Assembly: GCA_963518055.1 (NCBI GenBank)
Contig: CAUQIC010000023.1
Location: forward strand, 35-64,034
DNA from: an uncultured Chryseobacterium sp.
GTDB taxonomy: Bacteria; Bacteroidota; Bacteroidia; Flavobacteriales; Weeksellaceae
Reading direction: 5' to 3'
DNA length: 64,000 bases
The position numbers and the translations under genes were made by a program. How positions within the stretch are numbered: the first letter of the stretch is position 1; the number at the start of each line of letters is the position of its first letter. The notes beneath the pieces were generated by a model. The model saw only the letters and a list, made by a program, of their open reading frames with translations, made no database searches and was not told the origin of the DNA. Shown one piece after another: positions 41,495 to 50,681 of the stretch.

Positions 41495-42052
41495 CTAAAT
41501 CCAACCTACTTTCTTCCTCCAGAGATTATACTCGTGATTTTTACTATCTATTTCAGGAATATCTTCAGGATCCGGTATTTTAATAATATCTTCTGCCGAT
41601 AACTGAGGCAGATATACCTTTTTCCGCTCTTTATTGAGTATTTTTTTATTTTCTACAGGATAAATACCTCCTGCTGTAAGCTGTGTACCATATTTTTGTG
41701 GTTTACTTTGAAACACCTGAATACGGTCATATAAATAAGCTTTGTTTAAAGGATTAATATCATCTTTACGATCTTCCATCATTTGATAGCATTCTTTCAT
41801 AAATTCAGGTTCACCAATGGAATGCTGGATGATCAACCATGCAGCATTAGCGGCTTGTTCTCCTACTTTCGAAATGGTTGGAAACCCTATTTCAGCGATA
41901 ATTTCCCGCAGACGTTCCGCATTGGTTTTATGAACTTTTTCCATTTCGGGGTGATAACCTTCTGAAAGTTTTCCTTCAGTTGCAAGTTTTTCTCTTACTT
42001 GTAAATCATGATTTGCAAGTTCTATCAATTCTATTCCCAATTGATTATTCAT
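41495..42052 (-). CDS. DUF6624-like protein
   Basis: DLQVR..N..RL..II...GFPT..VG..AAWLIIQH..AYLYDR..QKYGTQ. Confidence 0.75.
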   Translation of the reverse strand: MNNQLGIELIELANHDLQVREKLATEGKLSEGYHPEMEKVHKTNAERLREIIAEIGFPTISKVGEQAANAAWLIIQHSIGEPEFMKECYQMMEDRKDDINPLNKAYLYDRIQVFQSKPQKYGTQLTAGGIYPVENKKILNKERKKVYLPQLSAEDIIKIPDPEDIPEIDSKNHEYNLWRKKVGWI

Positions 42053-42482
42053 TGTATGACAACTTTTTCATCAGATATTTAGGAGATTCAGTATAGCCTT
42101 GTCTGTCATAAAACCGATGCGCTTTTTCTCTTGTAAGGTTGCAATGCAGTTCTATTCTGTCACAATTTCTTTCCCTGGCTAGTTTCTCACCATATTCTTC
42201 CAACATTTTCCCTATTCCAGAGCTTCTGTAATTCTCATCAACAGAAAAATAGCTTATCCTTGCAAAATCTCCTTTTAATGCCAGTTGCGGAATAATATGA
42301 ATCGATATAAACCCTACTGCTTTTCCGTCTGTATCTTCAGCAACACTAAGGTATTCGTCAGGATCCTCTAAAAGTCTTTTGATTTTTTGAGGTAAAAACG
42401 TCTCAGTATCAGGGTATCCCAGCTGATCAAGGAGTGTACCAACAGCATCTACATATTTTTCATTCATTTCTCTGAAATTCAT
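42045..42482 (-). CDS. GNAT acetyltransferase
   Basis: VDENYRSSGIGK; AHRFYDRQGY. Confidence 0.88.
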   Translation of the reverse strand: MNFREMNEKYVDAVGTLLDQLGYPDTETFLPQKIKRLLEDPDEYLSVAEDTDGKAVGFISIHIIPQLALKGDFARISYFSVDENYRSSGIGKMLEEYGEKLARERNCDRIELHCNLTREKAHRFYDRQGYTESPKYLMKKLSYNE

Positions 42483-42550
42483 GATTGAAAGTTTAAAATA
42501 GTGTTCCTAAGTTACAAATAATCAACAATCTATAACGGCATTAACATTTA

Positions 42551-43105
42551 TTATTTCTCAATAGTATTAAGAATAAACCCGATTCTTTGTTCTACCATAA
42601 GTTTTGGGATCTCAATACTTTTATACCCATATTCAGTATAAATTTCTCTCATGCATTCAAAAGTAGCTATTGCCACTTCCAGACTCTGCTTTCTTTCTCC
42701 GTCATTTTCATAAATCTCTTTCCATGGGGGAAGAATAAAAACATCTTTGTGATACATCATTTCTCTGGCTATACTTTTCATTTCTGCGGGAACCGGCAAT
42801 TTTTCCAGTTTAAGATAACCGATCGTGTCCAATATTCCACGGTCAAAGAAAATTGCTTTATGATCGGCAGTTTGACTCATTTCCTGATAAGCATGTACCG
42901 AAGCTTTAAACATAAGGTCTGCAAACTTCTCTTTGTTCATCCATGGCAGAGCATCCCCGTTAATCACAATCTGTTCTTGTATAATTCTTCTTCCGTCCTC
43001 AGGAACTGTTAAGAACCCTTTTTTCTCAAGTTCATTGAGTAAAGTTGTTTTTCTGGCACCGGGACCGCCGGTCATGATATAGAGTTTTGATATCTTTTTT
43101 TCCAT
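42551..43105 (-). CDS. AAA_28/NadR-like P-loop ATPase with atypical Walker A
   Basis: TGGPGARKTT, FFDRG, PPWKEIYENDGER. Confidence 0.82.
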   Translation of the reverse strand: MEKKISKLYIMTGGPGARKTTLLNELEKKGFLTVPEDGRRIIQEQIVINGDALPWMNKEKFADLMFKASVHAYQEMSQTADHKAIFFDRGILDTIGYLKLEKLPVPAEMKSIAREMMYHKDVFILPPWKEIYENDGERKQSLEVAIATFECMREIYTEYGYKSIEIPKLMVEQRIGFILNTIEK

Positions 43106-43183
43106 GGGATGGGGTTATTTTTTGAATCTACATCACTCCAGATACAATAAGAAACAAATGTCTTCTTCCGATATTCTGTGGAG

Positions 43184-44179
43184 TTATTTATTATTTTCGA
43201 TGCTGCTTTTATAGGTATTGAGGCGGTCAGCCTCGCGATACATATTGCATAAGATCAGAATATCATCCGTATTGTATCTTTCCGATACTTGTTGTAATCG
43301 TTGGGAAATAGATTGGGGAGTTTCTATGATAATCCGGTCTAAAATAGTAAAAAATTCTTCTTCATCCTTAGTTCCCAGTATTCTTTGCTCCACAATTTCA
43401 GGAGAAAGTACCGTTTCAGGGCTTACGAGCTGTCTGGATTGTAAGAATTGATAGGCCATTCCATAGGCATTTTTTCGGGCCAGTTCGAGGCTGTCTGCTA
43501 CTGAAACCGCAACGGCCACCTGTAAAGAAGGCTTAGAAGCATATGGAACAGCATCAAACTCTCTAAGGTAAGTCTCTGTATATTCCCTTCCGTTTTCATT
43601 GTTCATGAAAGCAGCAAAAGAATATCCTACTCCATGTTTAGCGGCCTCTTTTGCGGAAGTCATTCCTGAGCCGAGCCATACAATTTCCGGTAAAAATTGT
43701 AAATGAGTAGGCTGCGCAATTAGCCCTCCGTACATGTCTTTGCCTTCACGAATGTATTGAATAACTTCTTCCAGTTTTGTTTCCAGATTAGACAAAACAA
43801 CCGGTTTGTGGCTATTGAGAGCCATAACGGCATCTTTTAATCCCCCCGGAGCTTTTCCCAGTCCCAATATAAAGCGTTCAGGATATAGAGTTCCCAGCAG
43901 TTTGGTCCATTCAGCCATTTTATAAGCGGAATAGTTTCTCATCATAATTCCCGCTGTCCCTACTTTGATACGTGTTGTTTTACTAAGGATGATTGCTGCT
44001 AAAAGCTCAGGGCTTGAGCTTCCATAGGCCTCCACTCCATGATGTTCAGAGTACATAAGGCTATGAAAACCTACTTCCTCAGCAAATAAAGCAAGGTTGA
44101 TACTATTTTTTAATGCCGACGCTGCATTCCCTCCCATTAGTACAGGCGATTGATCCAATATACCCAATTTCAGCTTCAT
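43184..44179 (-). CDS. LLM-class flavin-dependent oxidoreductase
   Basis: LGILDQSP, SEHH, SSPE, RFILGLGKAPG, WLGSG. Confidence 0.88.
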   Translation of the reverse strand: MKLKLGILDQSPVLMGGNAASALKNSINLALFAEEVGFHSLMYSEHHGVEAYGSSSPELLAAIILSKTTRIKVGTAGIMMRNYSAYKMAEWTKLLGTLYPERFILGLGKAPGGLKDAVMALNSHKPVVLSNLETKLEEVIQYIREGKDMYGGLIAQPTHLQFLPEIVWLGSGMTSAKEAAKHGVGYSFAAFMNNENGREYTETYLREFDAVPYASKPSLQVAVAVSVADSLELARKNAYGMAYQFLQSRQLVSPETVLSPEIVEQRILGTKDEEEFFTILDRIIIETPQSISQRLQQVSERYNTDDILILCNMYREADRLNTYKSSIENNK

Positions 44180-44261
44180 ATTCCGGAAATAGTTTTTTTC
44201 GTTATTAAATTAGAGTGAAGGTATGAAAAAAGCTTTTATTCGATAGGGAAATAAGCTTAGA

Positions 44262-44618
44262 TTATTCTTTTGGCGGAAAAACAATCCCTGTATCATTCAT
44301 CAGATCATATCCAAACATCATTATCGTTTCTATAACGGGTATAGACTTTTTTCCTTTCTCTGTAAGACTATACTCTACTTTCGGAGGAACCACAGGATAC
44401 ACTTCACGGTGGATCATTTCTTTGCTTTCAAGTTCCCTAAGTTGGCTGGTTAACATTTTATCGGTAATGTGAGGGATATCCTTTTTCAACTCGCTAAAAC
44501 GGAGTGGTCCTTCCTGTAACCTCCATAGAATAGGCATTTTCCAGGTTCCTCCTATGTGGCTTAGCGCAAATTCAATAGGAGTATAATAGAGTCTTTTATC
44601 ATGAAAAAATTGAGGCAT
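44262..44618 (-). CDS. HxlR-type winged-helix regulator
   Basis: GGTWK..RFSELK..MLTSQLRELE..VPPKVEYSLT. Confidence 0.92.
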   Translation of the reverse strand: MPQFFHDKRLYYTPIEFALSHIGGTWKMPILWRLQEGPLRFSELKKDIPHITDKMLTSQLRELESKEMIHREVYPVVPPKVEYSLTEKGKKSIPVIETIMMFGYDLMNDTGIVFPPKE

Positions 44619-44941
44619 AATGATATTCTTTATAAAAATGATTTCAAAAAGGTAGGTATATAGCTTTCTGATTATTTCTTTTGCAAAGTTGCATAAAAAA
44701 AATATGACTCTGAACAGAAATACTTGCTCCTGATGTTTTTTAGAATTACCGCTATGGAATGGGGTTAGATTAGCAGGGATTCATATACTGATTTATGGCT
44801 ATGGTACTAAGCATTCATGCAAATATCAAGATACAAATCTTACGGACATCACATATTTTATATTTTTAAAATCAATCGGAGGTGTAACGTTTATTTTGTA
44901 ATTTGTACATGTTTCTTAACAATTAAAATATCCATGAAGCT

Positions 44942-45718
44942 ATGAAAAGCATACACCACCTCAACTGTGTAAAGATCAACATACCTATGAATGAGGATGT
45001 TATTGGCCATTGTCTGTTGATAGAAGAAGATGATCAACTCTTGCTGATCGATACCGGACTGGGGATTCAGGATGTGAAGCATCCTAATGAAAGACTGGGT
45101 GAAGAGTTAATCAAAACTGTAGGGTTTCAACTTGATATTGAACTGACCGCTTTCCATCAGATTCAAAAACTAGGCTTGAATCCCAACCGCGTAGAAGACT
45201 GTATTTTGAGTCATTTAGACCCTGACCATAGTGGCGGCCTGGCAGACTTTCCTGATGCCACGGTACATGTCGCAGCAGAAGAATTGATCAATTTCTACAG
45301 TGAAAATCCGCGTTATATCGAACAACATCTGGCCCATAATCCTCCGATTAAAGAATATGGAATGTCTGATGAAGAATGGTTTGGACTGGAAGCCAGAAAA
45401 GTCAATACTACCCTAAAAACCGAAATCTACCTCATCCCTCTATTTGGCCACACACTCGGGCATTGCGGAGTTGCCATAGAATGGGAGGGAAAATGGCTAT
45501 TTTATATCGGAGACGCTTATTATCTGCGAGCTGAACTGGAGGATGAACAACATCCGGCAGGTCAATTAGCTGCCGCAAGAGCTGATGATAATACCAAACG
45601 CCTTGAATCTATAGAAAAAATAAAAAATCTGATGCAAGAACATCCGGAAATAGAAGTTTTCGGATCCCATGATCGTGAAGAGTTTTTAAAATATACAGCT
45701 CAATATCAAGTATCATAA
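44942..45718 (+). CDS. MBL-fold metallo-hydrolase
   Basis: SHLDPDHSGG, GHTLGH, GDA, SHD. Confidence 0.9.
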   Translation: MKSIHHLNCVKINIPMNEDVIGHCLLIEEDDQLLLIDTGLGIQDVKHPNERLGEELIKTVGFQLDIELTAFHQIQKLGLNPNRVEDCILSHLDPDHSGGLADFPDATVHVAAEELINFYSENPRYIEQHLAHNPPIKEYGMSDEEWFGLEARKVNTTLKTEIYLIPLFGHTLGHCGVAIEWEGKWLFYIGDAYYLRAELEDEQHPAGQLAAARADDNTKRLESIEKIKNLMQEHPEIEVFGSHDREEFLKYTAQYQVS

Positions 45719-45746
45719 TTGATGCGGACGATTGAGTTATGATACA

Positions 45747-45779
45747 AAACCCTTGCTCTTCTGGCAAGGGTTTGTTTTT
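45747..45779. terminator. Bidirectional terminator between convergent genes
   Basis: AAACCCTTGC/GCAAGGGTTT stem. Confidence 0.75.
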
Positions 45780-45798
45780 ATATTGATTTTGGGTGCAG

Positions 45799-47298
45799 TT
45801 ACGGTTCCTGCATAATTTTTTTCACCTCATCAAATTCACTTTCAATGACTTCATCAGGGGTGTAGGTTAATGATGAAACCACAATATTCGTTAACAAAGA
45901 AAGTACAAATCCAGGAATGATTTCATACCAGTCTTTCAATGGATGTTGAAGATATACCCATGCCAGAACAGTAATTCCACCGACTAACATTCCTGCTAAG
46001 CCTCCCTGCCATGTTGTTTTCTTCCATAAAAGAGACAGGAGAATCAAAGGTCCGAATGCAGAACCAAACCCTGCCCATGCATTTCCAACAAGATTCAGGA
46101 TACTGTCTTTAGGATCTAATGATAAAAGCACAGCAATTACAGCCACCAGTAAAACAGAGAGTCTGCTGGCAATCAGAAGCTGCTTTGGGGTTGCTTTTTT
46201 ATTCAGGAAAGCTTTATAAATATCTTCCGTTAATGAACTGGATGTTACCAATAACTGAGAAGAAATAGTACTCATTACCGCTGCCAGAATCGCTGTCAAC
46301 AGGAATCCTGCAATCAGCGGATGGAATAAAATACGGGAGAAATAAATGAAAATTGTTTCTGCCTCTGTCTTTGATCCGTCAAATTTCATCATCGTTTCCA
46401 TGTCGAACTTCTGCAAATAAGCAATTCCTACTAAACCGATTGCTAAAGCTCCTGCAACGGTGAAAATCATCCATGTAATCCCGATTTTTCTTGCTTTAAC
46501 CAGGTCTTTAGGATTACCAATCGCCATAAAGCGCACCAGAATATGGGGCTGCCCACAATATCCAAGTCCCCATGCTAACAAGGAAACAATACTCACCGTA
46601 GTAGTCCCTCTGAATAAATCCAGGTATTTAGGATCCTTAGCTTCAATCAAGGAATAGGTTTCTCCAATACCACCAATTTGCATAATCGCTACAATCGGAA
46701 CAATAACCAATGCTAACACCATAATCGTTCCCTGAACAAAATCGGTAAGACTTACCGCCAGAAAACCACCTAAAAATGTATATAAAACTACGACTAAACT
46801 CGTCAGAAGCAAGCCTAAAGTATAATCCATTCCAAATGCTGATTCAAATAACTTTCCTCCGGAAACCATCCCGGCCGAGGTGTAAAGGGTAAAAAATACC
46901 AGAATAAAAATAGAGGACGTAATTTTTAAGAGGTGGTTTTTATTTTTAAACCTGTTTTCAAAAAATACGGGTAAGGTAATGGCGTTTTGAGCTACTTCGG
47001 TATAAATCCTGAGCCTTGGTGCCACAATAATATAGTTCAGAAACGCTCCGATTGTTAATCCTATCGCAATCCAAGAGCTGGAAATACCGGATAAATACAT
47101 GGCTCCCGGAACCCCCATCAAAAGCCATCCGCTCATATCGGCGGCTCCGGCAGACAATGCTGTCACTGCGGCTCCCATTTTCCGTCCGCCAATTAAAAAT
47201 TCTTCTGAATTACTTGTTGATTTTCTATAAGAATATATGCCTATACCTATCATTAACAACAGATACAACCCCACAGAAATCCCTTCATATACTTGCAT
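45799..47298 (-). CDS. putP: Sodium/proline symporter
   Basis: ALSAGAADMSGWLLMGVPG, GQPHILVRFMA, AWAGFGSAFGP. Confidence 0.93.
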   Translation of the reverse strand: MQVYEGISVGLYLLLMIGIGIYSYRKSTSNSEEFLIGGRKMGAAVTALSAGAADMSGWLLMGVPGAMYLSGISSSWIAIGLTIGAFLNYIIVAPRLRIYTEVAQNAITLPVFFENRFKNKNHLLKITSSIFILVFFTLYTSAGMVSGGKLFESAFGMDYTLGLLLTSLVVVLYTFLGGFLAVSLTDFVQGTIMVLALVIVPIVAIMQIGGIGETYSLIEAKDPKYLDLFRGTTTVSIVSLLAWGLGYCGQPHILVRFMAIGNPKDLVKARKIGITWMIFTVAGALAIGLVGIAYLQKFDMETMMKFDGSKTEAETIFIYFSRILFHPLIAGFLLTAILAAVMSTISSQLLVTSSSLTEDIYKAFLNKKATPKQLLIASRLSVLLVAVIAVLLSLDPKDSILNLVGNAWAGFGSAFGPLILLSLLWKKTTWQGGLAGMLVGGITVLAWVYLQHPLKDWYEIIPGFVLSLLTNIVVSSLTYTPDEVIESEFDEVKKIMQEP

Positions 47299-47382
47299 AT
47301 CATTTTTTTTATGAACCCGAAGATAACCATTTTTTTAAAAATGATGGAATTTTCACGGGAATGGGTATTATTCTATCAATAT

Positions 47383-47410
47383 AAAACCCGGATCCATGGA
47401 TCCGTGTTTT
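47383..47410 (-). terminator. Palindromic stem between the aminopeptidase gene and putP
   Basis: CGGATCCATGGATCCG flanked by A/T tracts. Confidence 0.5.
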
Positions 47411-47434
47411 CTTTTTTTCACGTATAAAAATTAC

Positions 47435-50002
47435 TTATTTTACCAAGGTCTGCGCTCTTCTCAGATTATCCGTTGCCTGTAAAATTTTATTTTTTAAAAT
47501 AGCATTATACTTCGGATGTCGGGAAATGAACTGATTCACTACCTCAAATGCCTTTGGATCCTGATAGCTGCTGAATGTCGAACGAAGCCAGTTATCAGGG
47601 AAGAATATATCGCCTGTCTTTTGTATTTCCTGTAACAAATCTAACGTTTTAGGAAGATAGTTAACAGAGGTACTTTGTCTTAGTGGATGATGTAAATACC
47701 CTAGTGCAGTCCCCACAGCCGATTCATTTGTCCTGTTTTCTTTTTGTGTAAGGCCATTGAAAAAATCATCGCGGATTTTTTGATCTGAGGAAGCTGCTTT
47801 CATAATAATTTTAAAGCGGTTTACCCGATCCGGATTCTTAATTCTTGTCAGCTGTTCTTGTAATAACTCATTATTATTCGTATTTCGCAGCGATAATGCA
47901 AGAGCCAGACTTGTAAAATCTTCATCATTAAGAGATACGTCTTTTGGAGGAGTCTGAGATTTCCAAATGGTATACAGGTTATCATAAGCCTGTTGAGATT
48001 GGAAAATACCCTGATAGCTGTCGAATAATATTTTCTTATTATTTTTTGCAGTTTGGCTTTCCAACGCTTTCCAGAGCATATTTTCTATCGTTGCAGACTC
48101 TTTCAGCCTCAGCGTTGCAGGAAGGAACTCCCAATAGATGGTAGACATATAGCCTGTCATCAGACGAAGGTTCAGTTCTGTAGTTTCTTTTGGTAATTGT
48201 TCCACAAAAAAATGCAGTAAATCCTGGGGTATAACTTCTGATCCATTCAGCATATTTTCATAGAGAGAAATGTAAGCACTCGCACGGTTGATCGGATCTT
48301 TTACCCTTGAAAATTCAGACATGACTGCTTTATCTGTTTTAAACACGCCATAGCCTATTCCGGATGAGTTTTGCAGGATAAAAAGGGGTTTTGGTTTTCC
48401 TTTTAGTTCTGAGATTTCCTGTTCCTTTCCGGTTAATTTCACATTCACTTTTTCTATTTTATCAGCATAAAACAGGCTCACCTGAAATTCCTGTGGCCAG
48501 GATTTTTGTTCTTTACCATATTCCGGATGTTGAGAAATAATGAAACGCTCAATCGTATTATTTTTATATTTCACATCATAATCAACGACAGGTCTTCCGG
48601 GATCATTCACCCAAACTTTGTTCCAGCTTTGCAGGTCCTCCGGTGTATGTTTATCCAGAATAGCGATAAGATCCGGCCAGCTTGCGTTACTGTATGCATA
48701 CTTTTTAAGGTATTCACTCACTCCTTTCCGGAAATTCTCCTCTCCTATCAGCAATTCCAGTTGGCGCATCATAATCGGTGCTTTGTTATAGATGATAGGC
48801 CCATACATCATACCCGCATTTTTCAGGTTATCGAGAATCTGTCGGATAGGATTCGCTCCCAATGTACGGTCTACCCCATATGCAGCAGGAAAATGGGTTG
48901 TTAAAAACTTCAGGTCATACACGCTTTTATCTGAAGAAGCACCGGTACTTTTGTCTGCCATAAAATTGGCAAATACCTCCTTCATCCACACATCATTAAA
49001 CCAATCCATCGTCACCATGTCTCCGAACCACAGATGCGCCACTTCATGGGCAATCAGGTTGGAACGGTTGTTGAGCTGGTTTTGTGTTGCACTTTTATCT
49101 AAGAATAAGGTAGAGTTTTGAAATAAAATAGCTCCGGGATGTTCCATGCCTCCAAACTGAAAATCAGGAACAGCGACCATCCCATGTTTTTGAAAAGGAT
49201 GTTTAATTCCGGTCCATTTTTCATAATAAGCAAGAGAGTTTCGATACAGGCTGAAAATAGAATCCATGCTGTTTTTAATTTTCACGGTATCTGTTTCACG
49301 GTATAACATTCTGGAATCCTGCTGGCTGATCTTCTCTGTAAAGTTCTTAAAGTCTCCGGCAGCAAAGGAAAATAAATAGGTTGGAAGCAGATCTGATTCG
49401 GCAAACTTCAATGTCTTTTGCCCCAGTACTTTGTTTGTTTCTTTTAATTTTCCATTGGCAATGGCGCTCCATTTTTCAGGAATCGTCAATGTCAGAGAAT
49501 ACCTGGCTTTCAGATTGGGCTGATCAAAACACGGAAACATCGTTCTCGCCCTATCCGGAACAAACAAAGCATACAAATAGCCCTCGCGTCTGTTCAAAGC
49601 TCCATTTCCGGCAAGAAAATCAATATTAATCTGATTGGAACCTGATTTCAGGTATTTTGCATCAATGATGATATGCTCATTTTCCAAAACAGGTTGTATT
49701 GATTGCCCATTCACAGATACAGAAATCAGCGAAGAAGGTTCTTCTTTAAAATCTATCTGCAACGGAGTCTCATTTTGTTTTTTATAGCTAAAGGATAACA
49801 CCTCTCTTCCTGAAATCCTTTCCGATTTGCTTTCCGGAATTTTCAGGCTAAGGTCATATTTAATTTCACTTACTGTACTTTTTCGAAATTGTGCCAGCTC
49901 ATATGAAACCCCGGACTCCAACTTGGGTAAAGATTTCATTTGTGCATGATACCCAGTATTGAAAACAACTAAAAATAATGCGAGTATACCTGTTTTTTTC
50001 AT
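47435..50002 (-). CDS. M1-family aminopeptidase, secreted
   Basis: FPCFDQP, GGMEH, HEVAHLWFG..W.KE. Confidence 0.92.
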   Translation of the reverse strand: MKKTGILALFLVVFNTGYHAQMKSLPKLESGVSYELAQFRKSTVSEIKYDLSLKIPESKSERISGREVLSFSYKKQNETPLQIDFKEEPSSLISVSVNGQSIQPVLENEHIIIDAKYLKSGSNQINIDFLAGNGALNRREGYLYALFVPDRARTMFPCFDQPNLKARYSLTLTIPEKWSAIANGKLKETNKVLGQKTLKFAESDLLPTYLFSFAAGDFKNFTEKISQQDSRMLYRETDTVKIKNSMDSIFSLYRNSLAYYEKWTGIKHPFQKHGMVAVPDFQFGGMEHPGAILFQNSTLFLDKSATQNQLNNRSNLIAHEVAHLWFGDMVTMDWFNDVWMKEVFANFMADKSTGASSDKSVYDLKFLTTHFPAAYGVDRTLGANPIRQILDNLKNAGMMYGPIIYNKAPIMMRQLELLIGEENFRKGVSEYLKKYAYSNASWPDLIAILDKHTPEDLQSWNKVWVNDPGRPVVDYDVKYKNNTIERFIISQHPEYGKEQKSWPQEFQVSLFYADKIEKVNVKLTGKEQEISELKGKPKPLFILQNSSGIGYGVFKTDKAVMSEFSRVKDPINRASAYISLYENMLNGSEVIPQDLLHFFVEQLPKETTELNLRLMTGYMSTIYWEFLPATLRLKESATIENMLWKALESQTAKNNKKILFDSYQGIFQSQQAYDNLYTIWKSQTPPKDVSLNDEDFTSLALALSLRNTNNNELLQEQLTRIKNPDRVNRFKIIMKAASSDQKIRDDFFNGLTQKENRTNESAVGTALGYLHHPLRQSTSVNYLPKTLDLLQEIQKTGDIFFPDNWLRSTFSSYQDPKAFEVVNQFISRHPKYNAILKNKILQATDNLRRAQTLVK

Positions 50003-50040
50003 AGATCAAATATAAGAATTGGAATTGTGATAAAAAACTA

Positions 50041-50126
50041 TACCGGTGATACGCTGGCTGCCCGCATAATAATGCTTGGTATAAGACAGCTCGTATTTCC
50101 GGGTCTGGGTATTGAAAATAATTCTT
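50041..50126. repeat. 86-bp orphan copy of an Rhs segment (direct repeat of 51998..52083)
   Basis: Two mismatches in 86 bp; encodes RIIFNTQTRKYELSYTKHYYAGSQRIT. Confidence 0.92.
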
Positions 50127-50238
50127 TTTCATTACAGCGCATAATACAAACAAAGCCGACCTATCCGCTAAAAGTTGCAAACTTTGCTCAGCTGTTTTTT
50201 TTCTTTATCTAGATTATGGTCTAGCTACTTTTATTACT

Positions 50239-50266
50239 CTGGACACGAGCTAGAAGCTCGCGCCAG
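50239..50266. repeat. GC-rich palindromic element after the immunity gene
   Basis: CTGGACACGAGCT-AGA-AGCTCGCGCCAG next to a G-run. Confidence 0.6.
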
Positions 50267-50275
50267 GGGGGGGAT

Positions 50276-50674
50276 CTAACTATATATTATTATTATCTTA
50301 TTTAAATGGGATATTATACTTGTAAATATTCTATTGAAATATTCTATTGATTCAAATGACATTCCAGCTGTATTTACAATTACGAAATCTTTCCTCATTA
50401 ATAAACAATATGAGATAAGTATAATTTTTTCAGAATAACTAGCATCTTCTAACAAAAACTCTTCCTTGATAATATCACTTATTTCTTTTTTTGAATCAAT
50501 AACACAATTACGCTTCATTTTTTCATAATAATTATTAACTTTCAATGAATAATCCATAGGAAAATTAAGAAAGCAATAATCAAATCCTTTGTTATCTAAA
50601 TAATATTTTAAATCATCTAATTTTATAAAATTGGAATCATTAATTAAATAGACTTTGCCATTTTCAAAATACAT
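50276..50674 (-). CDS. Putative immunity protein, degenerate ABC-ATPase-like
   Basis: Starts 7 bp after the toxin stop; very AT-rich; ASYSEK..LL.KDFVIVNTAGMS..KIIIIYS. Confidence 0.7.
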   Translation of the reverse strand: MYFENGKVYLINDSNFIKLDDLKYYLDNKGFDYCFLNFPMDYSLKVNNYYEKMKRNCVIDSKKEISDIIKEEFLLEDASYSEKIILISYCLLMRKDFVIVNTAGMSFESIEYFNRIFTSIISHLNKIIIIYS

Positions 50675-50681
50675 ATATATT

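Noticed and set aside
41323..41583. 86-aa + strand ORF
   Set aside because: Translation of the heptamer tract and antisense to the DUF6624-like gene.
50027..50212. ORF sharing MLGIRQLVFPGLGIE with 52029..52226
   Set aside because: Antisense reading of the duplicated Rhs fragment.
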